From the human T2T-CHM13v2.0 reference genome, Homo sapiens, in NCBI RefSeq assembly GCF_009914755.1, contig NC_060933.1: DNA of 64,000 nucleotides; one strand, 5' to 3'. Of this stretch, positions 18,084 to 32,370 are shown piece after piece; positions within the stretch are counted from its first letter, which is position 1, and every line of letters starts with the position of its first letter. Below the pieces are notes generated by a model, which ran no database searches, had not been told where the DNA came from, and saw only the letters and a program-made list of their open reading frames with translations. The translations under genes were made by a program, and so were the position numbers.

Positions 18084-19147
18084 ATAGGCCCTTCACCAAA
18101 ATGCCAGATGGGAAGCACCTAGTGCGGTGCCTTGGATGCAGAGAAGTGTAACAGGTGGTATCTTCATTTGCTTTTCCCTTTCCCTTAAGGTGGTTACAGG
18201 TATACAAAGACCAGACTTCCTGCTGTGTACATGTATGTGCGCCTACACATATACATAAATGCTTAAACTCACCAAACTGAGAACCCCCTTCTTAGTGGCC
18301 ATTGCTCTTTGGGGTTCAGTCTATAGTAACAAAAATATCTGCTTGATGGTAAGTTGGAAATTTGCCCTCTCTCAGATAATTCAGTGGCCACATGGGACCG
18401 ACAAAACGATGCCTCTGTCCTAACTTAGGATTGTACTTTTTAGCCAAGACTTAACTAACACATCTCCATAACCACCCATGGGCGGGCAGTGCTGGTGTAC
18501 TTTTTGGATGGCATGCTGCTGTCACCTTTGTTCTTGCAATGCTTGTTGCCTGTTTCTGTGAGCTCTTGACATGCAGTGGCCCTCCTCCAGCTGCAAGCCC
18601 AGGGGGAGTTAGGCTTGGCGGGATGCCTTGGCCTTTGGGCTCCTTTCCCAGGCACCATCTCAGGGAAGGGGTACACACTCTGCATTACTGCCTGTTCTCT
18701 GGTTCTGTGCAACAGAGAAGCAAGTGCAGGCTGGGGGCTCAGTGCTGGGGAAGCTTCCACACTAGACCTTGATGTGTGAGTTTGGAGGCCAGGATACCCT
18801 GCCTGTGCTCACTGAAGCCATTTAAAGTGCACGATCAGCAGTAGGTATCCAAAGATTTCATAGCCAAGGGCTAAAGAATGTGGCATGAGCCTGGAAAAGG
18901 GGGATACTCTTTGGTTGGAGTGAAGAGAGGGCTTTTGCATGAGCTTATTATGAGCCCTGGTCATGAGTGGAATTAGGCAGAGAAGAGGGCAGAAGTACTT
19001 TTAGAAAGGTTAGAATCATCCCCGCAAAGGCACTGAGGGAAGAGTGTACAGTGTGTTTGGGGAGCAGAACATGGGCTGCTTGAAGGGCATGGTTTATGCT
19101 GGGATTGGGAAGAAGGTCCGTGGAAGTGTGTGAGGGCGTGTTTAGTC

Positions 19148-19921
19148 CACCTATTTATTCATTCATTCATCTACTCACCCACCCATCCACCCACCTACCC
19201 ATCTATCCATCCACTCATTCACTCATTCATTCATCCATCTGTCTACCCATTCATCTATACATTCATCCACTCATCCACTCATCCATCCACCATTGACCCA
19301 CCCATCCATCTATTCATCTACCACCTGCCTACCTATCCATCCATCTACCCACTCACTCATCCATCTATCCATCCATTACCCACCCATCCTTCCACCCACC
19401 TATTCACCCATCTACCCATTCACCCATCCACCCATCTATCCACCCGCCCATTCATTCACCCATCCACTCATCCAGACATCCATCTGTCCACCCATTCATC
19501 CATCCATCCATTCATCCATCCACTCATCTACCCATCCACTCATCCATCAATCTTCCATCCATCCATCCATCTATCCATCCATCCATCCATCCATCTGCCC
19601 ACCCATCCATCCATTCACCCACCCATCCACACACCCACCTATCTATCCATCTACCTACACACCCACCCATCCATCTATCCATCCATCACCCACCCATCTA
19701 TTCATTCACCCTTCCACCTATCTACCCATCTATCTATCCATCCATCCATCCATCCACTCATTCATCCACCCGCCCACCCACTCATCTGTCCATTCACCCT
19801 TCCACCTATCCGCCCATCTATCTACCCACTTGTCCATCCATCCATCCATCCACTCATCCATTCTCCCACCCACCCATCCACCCACCCACCCATCCATCTA
19901 TCCATCTGTCCATCCATCCAT
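19148..19921. repeat. Degenerate (TCCA)n/(CCCA)n microsatellite, ~775 bp
   Basis: Continuous catc/cacc/catt/tatc tetramers. Confidence 0.98.
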
Positions 19922-21859
19922 AAAATGGCTCCTGAGGACCTGCTCTGTACACTAGCCTTGTTCTAGGCTCCTGGAAGACCGAGAAGAATAAATCATCTTC
20001 CCTGGCTCCCTAAAAAGTGCTGAGAACCTGAATGTGAGTAAAAGCACTTGGTGGGTATAGTGGACGGGAGACCAATTTTTCTATTAGCTTTTAGCTCTAT
20101 ACATTTCTCAGGAGATGTGTAGACATGATGTTAGAGGACAGAAAGAACGGTGATACCACTGGGAAAAAAATTAAGGGCATCAGGAACAAAATAAGAAAGC
20201 ATAGAAGGAATTCTGGGACTCTCCTGAATCCCCCCCGCCACGCCTAGGTCCTTTAACTCCAAGCACTAAACCTGGGCCTCTCCCAGAAGGCAGCCTGCCA
20301 AACTAATGTGGCAGGCAGGTCATCTCCTGGGCAGGTCATCTCCTGGGGAATCTGGTCATCCTTCACACCCAGAGCTCTTCACTCATTTCTGAACTGCCTT
20401 GACCCAGGACTTCCAGTCCTTTTAAGAATAAACCTCTTTCTAGGAACTCCCACCACCCCCTCAGTTGCCTGCCTGGAAAGCGTCATCCCAGGCACTTGGT
20501 GTTCTGTGGGACCTTGTTACTGGAGTAGAGAGGAGGCTGTACTCTGTCTCTCCTCTGTTTATAGCTGGAGACTCCCAGGCTGTGCCTGAACTCACTTAGA
20601 TTTTCAGGAAATTCTTCTTTTCTTTGGAACTATGGAAATAGTTGAGCAACATGGCCCCATGGGAGGTGGCCACTTTTAAAGAGGAATACCTAGAATTAGA
20701 ATTTGCAATTTACCACCACCTTTGCTCCTCATTTTTGTCTCTGAGAAGATGCACCCCCTCCCCACTTCCATGCCCCCTGACTCGTAAACCAGCTCCTTAA
20801 CATAGTTCCAGGTTGTTTGCTGGGGGTTTCACCAGCCCTGCCAGTGACCTTGGCAGGGAATTCTGGGACTAGATAAGACAACCATCGAAGCCTCCAAGTT
20901 GATTCCATAGCCCAGTCACCCACACTGTGCTGACTGACCCCATGTTGAGCCCACGTGGGCCGTTTAGCACCTTGGGCTTAGAAGCCCCATTTTGCCACGG
21001 TGGTGCGTGTGACCTCGTGCAAATGACCTAACTGCTCTAAGCCACAGTTTTCTCATCTGTACAATGGAGGTAATGATACATACTTCTTAAAATTGTCAAG
21101 AGAATTAAAAGGAAATGCTTCTGAATCAAGAATATATAATATAAGGATTGAGAGCATTTTTACATTAAGGATTGAGGACTCTTGTGCTGGTTAATTTGTA
21201 TAAAGTGCTAGAAACAGTGGTTGGCACACAGGAAGCATTCCTTGCATGTTAGCTCTTAATATCATTATTTGTGGTTATTGTTATATAAAGCAATTATGAT
21301 ATTCCTGACACACAGTGCTTATATAAGCTTATGTAATATAATTAATTATATAAGTATATAATATATATTAATTTTATTATATAAGGATGTCCAAGTGACA
21401 GATTCCATGTCTGGATCTGAGGTCACCTTTATCACCTTATGTGGGTACCAGGCCTTAGGAAAGAGAAGGAGGCACGTGATGGGTCTAGCGAAGACCCTAA
21501 AATAAAATGAAGCAGGCAGAGTCCTAGGCACCTTACACATGTGAATGCATTTTGTTGTCATCACAACCCTGTGAAGTAGACATTGAGCCTATGCAGCAGA
21601 AGCACAGATAGGACAAGGATGCAGCTGGAAAGTGGGACCAGCCAGGCTACGAACATGGGGGTGGAAGGCTCATTCCAGAACCTCTGCTGCTGTCTATGTC
21701 CAGGAGTGCAGAAGGCCTTAAACATACAACTCAAGCTATAAAGTAAAAGAATGACGTATTTAATTACATGAAAATTTTAAAATTTTATATGGCTTAAGAC
21801 ATCATAAACAGAATCAAAAATGACAGAATGAGAAAGATTTTGTAGTATATTAAACATAA

Positions 21860-22500
21860 AGGTTACTATCCTTAATTTAGGCAAGAACCCACAGATGAAT
21901 GAAAAAGGATAAGGAAATAAAAGTGGGGGTGTGGTGGTTGCTAACAGTATGAGGAAACAACTCAGAAGAAATGCAAGCTGCCTCATAGACAAATGGAAAG
22001 ATGCCACCTTCATTAGTTCCTTAGGAAATGCAGATTAAACCCATGAGATATGTTTTGCCTTTCATCTGCATACATTAAAAGGATTGATAACATCTGGTGC
22101 CAGCAAGGGCATGCACTTTTGGTGAGAGTATAAATCTGGACAAATTTGGAGCAAAGATTGCAGCGCTCATTATAATTCAAAACTTACATGGGCTTTGACC
22201 AAGGATTTTGATGTCTACAGATTTACCCTTCCCCAGCACTCTGCCTGGGTACAGTGGTGTGCACAAAATTAGGGACCAGCAAGTCCAATGTAAGATGTAA
22301 TGATGGAAATATGCAGTTGTGCCCATCAGTAGGGGTCTGATGAAAACAATGAGGATCTGTGGGTAATATGGAATGACTGCATTGAGAAGGATGAAGCGGG
22401 TCTCTTAGCAGACATGGGAAGATGACTGTGTTATGTCATCAGACCAAAAGGAGCAAGAGCAAGTGTAGGAAAAGACAAATCTATTAGTCTTTAAAAACTA
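21860..22500 (+). mobile_element. Ancient L1 (L1ME-like) remnant
   Basis: aaagatgccaccttcattag...ggaaatgcagattaaaccatgagata resembles the L1 ORF2 3' region. Confidence 0.55.
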
Positions 22501-22506
22501 CAACAA

Positions 22507-22818
<312 letters not shown>

Positions 22819-25800
22819 TACAAGAGTTATATATACATACATATTTACACATAGACACACATACATGTATACATGCATATGCACACAGACGTACATGTGT
22901 ATATCTAAAATGATCTTCAGGAATGCACAGCAGACCATTAGGGTAGCCACCTCTTGTGGGAAGAGGGGTGGCAGATCTTCATATTTTTATTCTAGATTTT
23001 CATAATCATGTACAAATTTAAAATTAATTTTTTGTTGACAAAACCAGGCAGTAAGGAGAGGCCTACATAGGGTTGCATTTGGTAGGCTTCTCTTCACATA
23101 CTCTTCTTTCTCATTCCCTGTGTATCTGACACATCCTTTCAGAGGGGCCTGACTGTGGAGTGATGTTTCTTCACTGCCTGCTCATCTCCTGTGACTTTCT
23201 TGCGTTCCCTTCTGAGCCTTACCACCTTCGTGGGATGGGTGTCCCTGGCTGAAGGTGTACCTCTGCCATGTTCCCCTCCTCCAGTACCTTGGAAAGTCCC
23301 AGTGTGTCCCTGAGCAGCGTGTCTCCGAGGGGACTGTCTGGAACTCTCATCCCCACAATAGGAAGGGTTTTTCAGTCATGGGGGAACACTGCGTTCCTGT
23401 CTGACCTCCTGGGGTTCCTCATTTACGTGGTCGGTGAGCTGTTGAGAGGCTTCAGGAAGTCAGGAGTGAGGAGGCCTGCCTAGCTCTGTGAATGCAGCTT
23501 TCCTAAGTTTCTCTGGCCATGGAACCACTTTCCCAGAATGCCTGTTGACATCTTCGTGCTCCACCAAGATGTTGGGAAGTGCGGCTCTTTCCCTGGTTCC
23601 CACTTGGACTTTCTCCTTAAATCTTTGCAGCCCTGGGATTTCCAGCTGGTTCCATGCCCATCCATAGCCCACATAGCCTCTCAGTCTGCCTTGGCCCCTT
23701 CTCCTACCTCGGCCCTCAACCCATTCAAACAACAGACCTGGTCACCTCTGAAATTTGGTGTTAACTCCAGGGATTGATTGCTCACTGGGGAGCAGGGGCT
23801 AGATCCAGCCCACAGTGGTGCTTGACGGGGTCACCCATGTTTAAAAACACAACTTGAGCCAATATTGGGCTCTTGGAAGATACTTAGAGATCTGGTTTCT
23901 TATTCCATAATCCATGTGCCTGTGAAAATGGGAAAAAGAAACTTTGACAGGGATAGCCATATGTTTCAGGAAAAAAAAAAGGGAGAGCCTCTTTTTCAGA
24001 CTAGTCCTCCACGTTTAAAATGTGAGAGAGCTTGTTTGCACCTTCCACACCGGCCCGTCCTACTCATTTATGTGAGTGGTGCGGGGACATGCTGGCTTAG
24101 AGTTTGCCGCCCATGCTTGAAGCTCCTCGGTGCCAGCACCTTGGTACAGGCCCTAGTTCTTTTGACCTAGAAAGCTTTTTGTTTGTTTGTTTCCAGCCAT
24201 TTCCTTTTTTTAATTTACAGTTTGCGTTCAGTGCAAACCCATAGCATGAGACATTACTATGAATCAAAATGTAAATACACAAACACAATATAGAATCCAA
24301 AACAGAGGTGCAGCTTTCAGGAATGAAGCAGAAGACAGGTTCATTCACATGCACAGTAGCTTCAGGGCTGTGTGATCTGGTTGTTCCCATGTAGCTTCCT
24401 AAAGATGGAAAAAAATGATTTTGGTCATCAAGACTACTGTGGCCATATTAGATACTGGAACCGTAGAAAGTTCTTCATAAGAGCTTTCCAGCAGGTCTGT
24501 GCGTTCCCAGTTTCTTCACCCCCCAGTCTCTCCTCTGTGTGCTGTAATTATTTTTCTAAAACACAGACCGCATTTTGTTGTGGATTACTCCTCATTGCTC
24601 AAGGATCCAGTCCAGTTCCCAGCAGGGCACTCCACAGCCCCGGCCCTGTAGGTCTTCCAGCCACCCCAGCCAGGAAGCCAGTGCTCCAGTTAAGTCAGCA
24701 GACTTGCCGGAAGCCTTTGTGCCTTTGCAGATGCAGCTGTCTGCCAGATGCCCTTTCTTCTCATCTGTTGGAACCATGCCTTGTCCCCTCCCCTGAAACC
24801 TGTCAACCTTGCCGCTGCTGAATTCCTTATCTGGCTTCTCTGCCTTTGCAGCCCTTGGCTGTTACAGCACTTCCTACGTATAATTGTGATTCCCTCCGGA
24901 GCCATCTCTCTGTAGATTGGAAGCAGTTAATTTCCCTTAATCTTTTTTTCTCCCCCCAGCCCCATACTAGAGACACTCTCCCATGGGTAGTGCATAAATA
25001 TTTGTTGCATGACAATTTAGTCTTTAATTTCTCACTTTTATGACATTATTGCTTTGTGATATCTTCTACTTTCATGATAGGATGGGTAAATTGCAGGGAG
25101 AGGAACTGTAAATACGGATGCTTAATTCTTCCTGCTTTCAATTTTTTTCTGTTAAGTTAAATGTGCTTTTTGTTGCTCCACCTCTCTGATTGGAGCCTCA
25201 CATTGGGAGCCTGAGGCAGTGGAATATCAAAAGAGGGTAGCCGTTGAATGTTTATTTTCAATGTCAGCCGTGAAACCTACCACTTCGAATAGTGGGGCCT
25301 GGAATTCAGGCTCAAAGTCTTTTCCCCATATTTGTTTCCCCCTTTGGCCTCTCTTTTGCTTGAAGCTGTGTACTAGACTCTCATTAACTTTAACAAGAAT
25401 TACAGATGTGCCCTCAGGGGGCCTCTCACACTGCCTTTATTTGCTGTAATTTTAATGAATTCCACCCGTAGAAGTGTAAGAATAAAAGAGGATATACTTG
25501 AGCAAAGGGAAAGAGAGGGTTATTACACATTGTACCTTTTTTTAAAAAAATTGCAGAGTAATGTCAGCTATTCTTCCATTTGTCTCCTTTGGTTGCCAGT
25601 GAAAAATAATTTTGGCTGCTTATTTTCCAAAGCAGAAACTGAAGTCAAACACGAACCTTTCCTAGACAAAAATTCACTCATAATCATTTTTGAGAGTCGA
25701 TATGTACCTTATGCAAAGTGCTGGGAATAAAAAGATGAATTTATTCCCATAAATATGTACACCTACTATGTACCCAGAAAAATTTAAAATAAAAATTTTT

Positions 25801-25866
25801 AAAAAGATAGATGTATTAACAGGTACTTATATAGCATTTAATATGTTGCAGACATAGTTTTAAATT

Positions 25867-26157
25867 GTGTCAGTTATTTGTTTCTGCATCATAGAACACC
25901 TTAAAACTTAAGTGACTGAAAACAACCACCATTCACTTGCTCGTAGTTTTTTGGGTCAGCAGGTTGGGCTGAGCTCAGCTAGGGGGTTCTTCTGCTGGTC
26001 TTGGGATGCCTCATTCTACTGAAGTCGTCATCTGGTTATTCATTTGGAGCCAGATGGTCTACAGTGGTTTCACATATCTGGCAGTTGGTGCTGGCTGTTG
26101 GCTGGGACACTTATCTCCAGCACTCTAGCTCAAACATGCTTAAGTGACAGCAATATA

Positions 26158-26191
<34 letters not shown>

Positions 26192-26635
26192 GAGACAGAG
26201 TCTTGCTCTGTTGCCCAGGCTAGAGTGCTGTGGCACAATCTTGGCTCACTGCAATCTCCGCCTCCCGAGTTCAAGCAATTCTCCTGCCTCAGCCTCCTGA
26301 GTAGCTGGGATTACAGGTGTGTGCCAGCACGCCCAGCTAATTTTTGTATTTTTTTTTTTCAGTCGAGATGGGGTTTCACCATGTTAATCAGGCTGATCTC
26401 AAACTCCTGACCTCGTGATCCACCTGCCTCGGCTTCCCAAAGTGCTGGGATTATAGGTGTGAGCCACCGCGCTTGGCCATGACAGCAATATTTTAAGAGA
26501 GCGGGAGGAGAGGCTGTAAGGTCTTTTGAGACCTAGGCTTGGAAGGTGCAAAGAGTCTGTTGTAAACTCTTGGCCAAAGCCAGTCAAAAGGCCAGCCCAG
26601 ATTCAAAAGATGGAAAACTAGATTCCACCTCTTCT
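25867..26635 (-). mobile_element. MaLR LTR (MLT1G/H-like) interrupted by an antisense Alu (26157-26478)
   Basis: MLT motifs on both sides; Alu TSD tgacagcaatat at 26145-26156 and 26480-26491; (TA)n plus T-tract. Confidence 0.75.
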
Positions 26636-27218
26636 TATTTTTAAATGGGCCACAAAAATTCTCTATAAAGACTGACTTATTTAATGCTTACAACAACTTG
26701 AGGTGGTTGAGGTAGGTTCCTCTATTATTCCCACTGTTCAGATGAGGAAGGTGAGGCATAGCAGAGAGGTTAAGTAACTTGCTCAGGGTCACACAGCTTG
26801 GGGCAATACACCATGGTAAGTCCTTTGGAAGTTGCTGCTCATTATTTTTGCCTTACAGCCACTATAGGACCAACTTATTATTTCTCTGCAGCCTTGCAGA
26901 GAAAGAGGTCACTCACATTTGCCGTGCAGCTGCCATGTGTTGGAAGCTTCATATATGTAGTACCACTAAACCGTCACAACTAGTCTGAAATGGAGATATT
27001 ATTATTCCCAGTATTCAGGTGAGGAAACTGAGGCTGATGGAAATTAAGTACAAGTCATACAAGGGGATGATAACCCACTGTTCCATATGCAAGAGTTTGT
27101 TTTCCCTAAGTAAACAATAAATGTGCTGGGGCAGATTTTTTGTTTTTTGTTTTTTAAAAAATCTTCTGCTTGCATCTAGGAAGTGTTAAGAAAAAAAAAT
27201 CTGTTGATTTGTTTATGA

Positions 27219-27407
<189 letters not shown>

Positions 27408-28198
27408 TGAGTACATCTGCAATGCACGAGCTTGGCAAAGAATTAGCTTAGTTTTTCAAATGCAGAATAAAACAAATCTATAGGAGCCTGCTTAGCTTGG
27501 AGTAGCAGTTATGTAATTTGTTGGGCCAACCCAGCTGTTATAAGGATGTGCCTTCTTCCTGTTGTTTATGGAACCCTTTGCATAATTCCCCAGCTGAGAG
27601 TATAATGGAGCTCCATCTTCCATGAGGGTTTTGGCAAAATTACCTTTGAAAATCTCTTACACTGCTCGTATAGCACAGAGGTTGCCATTCCATCTCTGAT
27701 GAGGCCAGCACCACTCTGTTCTGGAGGTAGAGAATCATTATTATTCCAACTGAACATCAAATTAGTAGCTAGTCTTGCATGCTCTATGAAAAATAAATGT
27801 CCTCACATGAGAATAGCAGCAGGGAATGTCCTCACATGAGAATAGCCCAGCCCCGATCTTGCTGGCACTGTCACGACAGGCTCATGAATGTTGAACAGAA
27901 TCGCTATCTTCTTCCAACTTACCTTTTCTTCCCCACATCTTGCTTGCTTTCTTTGCCAAGAGTGAATAGTTCGAATGACTCTAAATGTGAGCATGGTGAA
28001 CCTTCACAGCTTAAGGGAGAATTTTCTGATGACTGAGACGTGTGAAGCTCTGTGCCAGGTGTCGGGAGTTTTTAGGTAGGAGACCGGAAATGATGGTCTC
28101 AGGTGCTGCAACTCTCAGGAGCCAGTGGCTAGAAAAAGGTGTTTTGATGCGAAATTAGACGTTTTTGTTCTCAATGCCTGGATCTTTGGTCATTCTAG

Positions 28199-28304
28199 GT
28201 CTGTGGGAGGCATCCGGGCCTCTCTGTATAATGCTGTCACAATTGAAGACGTTCAGAAGCTGGCCGCCTTCATGAAAAAATTTTTGGAGATGCATCAGCT
28301 ATGA
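28199..28304 (+). CDS. PSAT1: PSAT1 terminal coding exon 9, to stop codon TGA 28302-28304
   Basis: ttctag|GTCTGTGGGAGGCATCCGG...; [34 protein letters not shown]. Confidence 0.98.
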
Positions 28305-29311
28305 ACACATCCTAACCAGGATATACTCTGTTCTTGAACAACATACAAAGTTTAAAGTAACTTGGGGATGGCTACAAAAAGTTAACACAGTATTTTTCTC
28401 AAATGAACATGTTTATTGCAGATTCTTCTTTTTTGAAAGAACAACAGCAAAACATCCACAACTCTGTAAAGCTGGTGGGACCTAATGTCACCTTAATTCT
28501 GACTTGAACTGGAAGCATTTTAAGAAATCTTGTTGCTTTTCTAACAAATTCCCGCGTATTTTGCCTTTGCTGCTACTTTTTCTAGTTAGATTTCAAACTT
28601 GCCTGTGGACTTAATAATGCAAGTTGCGATTAATTATTTCTGGAGTCATGGGAACACACAGCACAGAGGGTAGGGGGGCCCTCTAGGTGCTGAATCTACA
28701 CATCTGTGGGGTCTCCTGGGTTCAGCGGCTGTTGATTCAAGGTCAACATTGACCATTGGAGGAGTGGTTTAAGAGTGCCAGGCGAAGGGCAAACTGTAGA
28801 TCGATCTTTATGCTGTTATTACAGGAGAAGTGACATACTTTATATATGTTTATATTAGCAAGGTCTGTTTTTAATACCATATACTTTATATTTCTATACA
28901 TTTATATTTCTAATAATACAGTTATCACTGATATATGTAGACACTTTTAGAATTTATTAAATCCTTGACCTTGTGCATTATAGCATTCCATTAGCAAGAG
29001 TTGTACCCCCTCCCCAGTCTTCGCCTTCCTCTTTTTAAGCTGTTTTATGAAAAAGACCTAGAAGTTCTTGATTCATTTTTACCATTCTTTCCATAGGTAG
29101 AAGAGAAAGTTGATTGGTTGGTTGTTTTTCAATTATGCCATTAAACTAAACATTTCTGTTAAATTACCCTATCCTTTGTTCTCTACTGTTTTCTTTGTAA
29201 TGTATGACTACGAGAGTGATACTTTGCTGAAAAGTCTTTCCCCTATTGTTTATCTATTGTCAGTATTTTATGTTGAATATGTAAAGAACATTAAAGTCCT
29301 AAAACATCTAA
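28305..29311 (+). other. PSAT1: PSAT1 3'UTR (3' end approximate)
   Basis: Repeat-free, AU-rich sequence after the stop codon; ATTAAA at 29290-29295 followed by U-rich downstream sequence. Confidence 0.8.
29290..29295 (+). terminator. Probable distal polyadenylation signal (ATTAAA variant)
   Basis: Last ATTAAA in the unique 3'UTR block; I found no AATAAA in the UTR; further ATTAAA at 28956 and 29140. Confidence 0.7.
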
Positions 29312-29548
29312 GCCCTTGTCAATGAATTTCTCTACCTGCTTTTTAGACAAATTGTTCTTTATGATGGGAAAGCTTGAGGTCTAAAAATAGCACCTGCTAA
29401 GGGTAATTTAGTTCAACCAAAGATCTAAGACTTAATTCTTGTGCATCCATTTAAAAAAATTCAACACGGTGTGGGAGCTTTCCATTTGCTTTTGGAATGG
29501 GCATTATCAGCAAACCACCTTCCATTGCAGCTGAAGGTGTAAAGTTCT

Positions 29549-29838
29549 TTTTTTTTAGATGGAGGCTCGCTTTGTCGCCCAGGCTGGAGAGTGTGGTGGC
29601 GCAATCTCGACTCACTGAAACCTCCCCTCCCAGGTTCAAGCAATTCTCCTGCCTCAGCCTCCCGTGTAGCTGGGACTACAGGTGCCAGCCACCATGCATG
29701 GCTAATTTTTGTATTTTTAGTAGAGACGGGGTTTCACCATGTTGGTCAGGCTGGTCTCGAACTCCCGACCTTAGGTGATCCGCCCACCTCAGCCTCCCAA
29801 AGTGCTGGGATTACAGGCGTGAGCCACCGTGCCCAGCT
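29549..29838 (-). mobile_element. Alu (AluSx/Sz-like)
   Basis: Perfect 18-bp TSD ctgaaggtgtaaagttct at 29531-29548 and 29839-29856. Confidence 0.96.
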
Positions 29839-30827
29839 CTGAAGGTGTAAAGTTCTATGAGCTTTGTCCCATTTGCCCCAGAAACATGCCACTAGGACTG
29901 TTTTGAGCTATCTTCCTGGTTTATTTGATTGCATAATGAGGACTCCACCAGTGTCTTGTCCCATCTCTGCACTGGTTAGTTGGCTCCCCTGTTCAGGTCA
30001 CAGGCTCCAAGGCTTGGTTCTGTCATCTGTAACAGGAGGGTTGAAATAACTCCCCCACCACTTACCTTAAGGATGTTTAAAAGTTTAAAACAAGGGCTCG
30101 ATGCAGGATGTGAATAATAACCACAATGAAGTTTTAAGTAGCAAAAGCCAGGCAGTCCATGGATTCCAACTAAGTGTTCACACATAAAAGTCATGCTCAG
30201 AGTCAGCCTCCCCTCCTTCCTCACCCTTTCATATGTGGTTGCACATCCCTGTCATCTGTATCAGACCTGTGCTTCTCAAATATCTGCTAATTTTCATTCC
30301 ATTGCCATGTCAGCTCTGCTATGTCAGCCCTCAGTGGATTATTCAGCAGTCTCTTCTCTGCCCCCATATTCCCCTCCCACCACAGCCAGTTGAACTATGA
30401 CTTCCCCTTGTGCTCTTTGTTGATGCATACAAAGTCCAGTACTCCCAGCCTGGCAGTCAGGACTTTGTAGCATGGGACATGGCCTCTTGCACCTCTCCTG
30501 CATTTGTGATTCTTGGAAAGTGGCATGCATTTGCCCACACTATGACATAAGCCTGGAGTTTCTGTGCCCACTCAGGAAGACCAGATGACACCTGCCAACC
30601 TCTTCCTAAACTCATTTGTGTCCTTTCCATTGGGACAATGTTCTTTTCCTTTGTTTTCACCAGGGGGATCCTTTTCTCCCATTATACCATCTCTGTTTTG
30701 TTCTTTACTATGCCAAGGTGGCTGCATATGTGCCTTCCCCATACAGCAGCATGGAAAGAACGATGGTTCTCTACCTCAAGCACCTAGTGTCCTGCCTTGC
30801 CCTTCGAGGTGCCCAGTGAAGTCTGTT

Positions 30828-31118
30828 CTTTTTAGACACAGGGTCTCGCTTTGTCACCCAGACTGGAGTACAGTGGCGTGATACTAGCTCACTGCAGCTT
30901 CGACCTCCTAGGCTGAAGTTATCCTCCTGCCTCAGCCTCCCCAGTAGCTAGGACTACAGGTGTATGTTACTGTGCCTGGCTAACTTTTTAAATTTTTTTG
31001 TAGAGACAGGGTCTCGCTATGTTGCCCAGACTAGTCTTGAATTCCTGGCTGCAAGTGATCCTTTTGTCTTGGCCTCCCAAAGTGCTGGGATTGCAGGCAA
31101 GAGCCACTGCGTCTGGCT
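30828..31118 (-). mobile_element. Alu (AluJ-like)
   Basis: Diverged antisense dimer. Confidence 0.9.
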
Positions 31119-31219
31119 GAATGAAAAATCTTAATGTAGGTCACGTTGGTCTTTCTGAGTACCATAAACTGAGCTTGGAGTAAAGGCAGAGAGGTATGAT
31201 CTGTCACATAACATGGACC

Positions 31220-31609
<390 letters not shown>

Positions 31610-32059
31610 TAGTGTCTTGTGAGTTCCCCCAGAACCATCTTTATAAATCTGAAAGCTTTTGGAAAATGGTTAACTACCACATACGGACAAGGGGTAATCA
31701 CTGGTGTCTGGCCAAACAGGGAGGTTCTGGAATAGATATTGCTGGAAAATATTCATCAGAGCAAAAAACTTGACCTTTGTATGTCTCGAGGGAATGAACT
31801 GATGCCAACCTGCTGATCACGCAGAGAGGGGTGAAAAGGGGAGATAAAGATACAGGCTTCTGGGTCAGCAAGCTGCAGGAGTCAGAACTGGTTGGTCTTT
31901 CCTTGAAGATTAAAATGGAAAGCAAGGTAGATTGACAGGTGTCTTTGCAGCCTTGCAGAGGCTGGGAGAGGGGCTGCCTCATATTCCTTTGGAGCCTCTA
32001 AATTGTACTTCTTCCCCAAATGGAACTTGGAACTTTTTTTTTTCTTTTAAAATTGGTTA

Positions 32060-32370
<311 letters not shown>

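Noticed and set aside
19130-19966. 278-aa and 220-aa His/Pro/Ser/Ile-rich ORFs
   Set aside because: Translations of the (TCCA)n repeat, which is nearly G-free and so rarely forms stop codons; no splice or codon evidence
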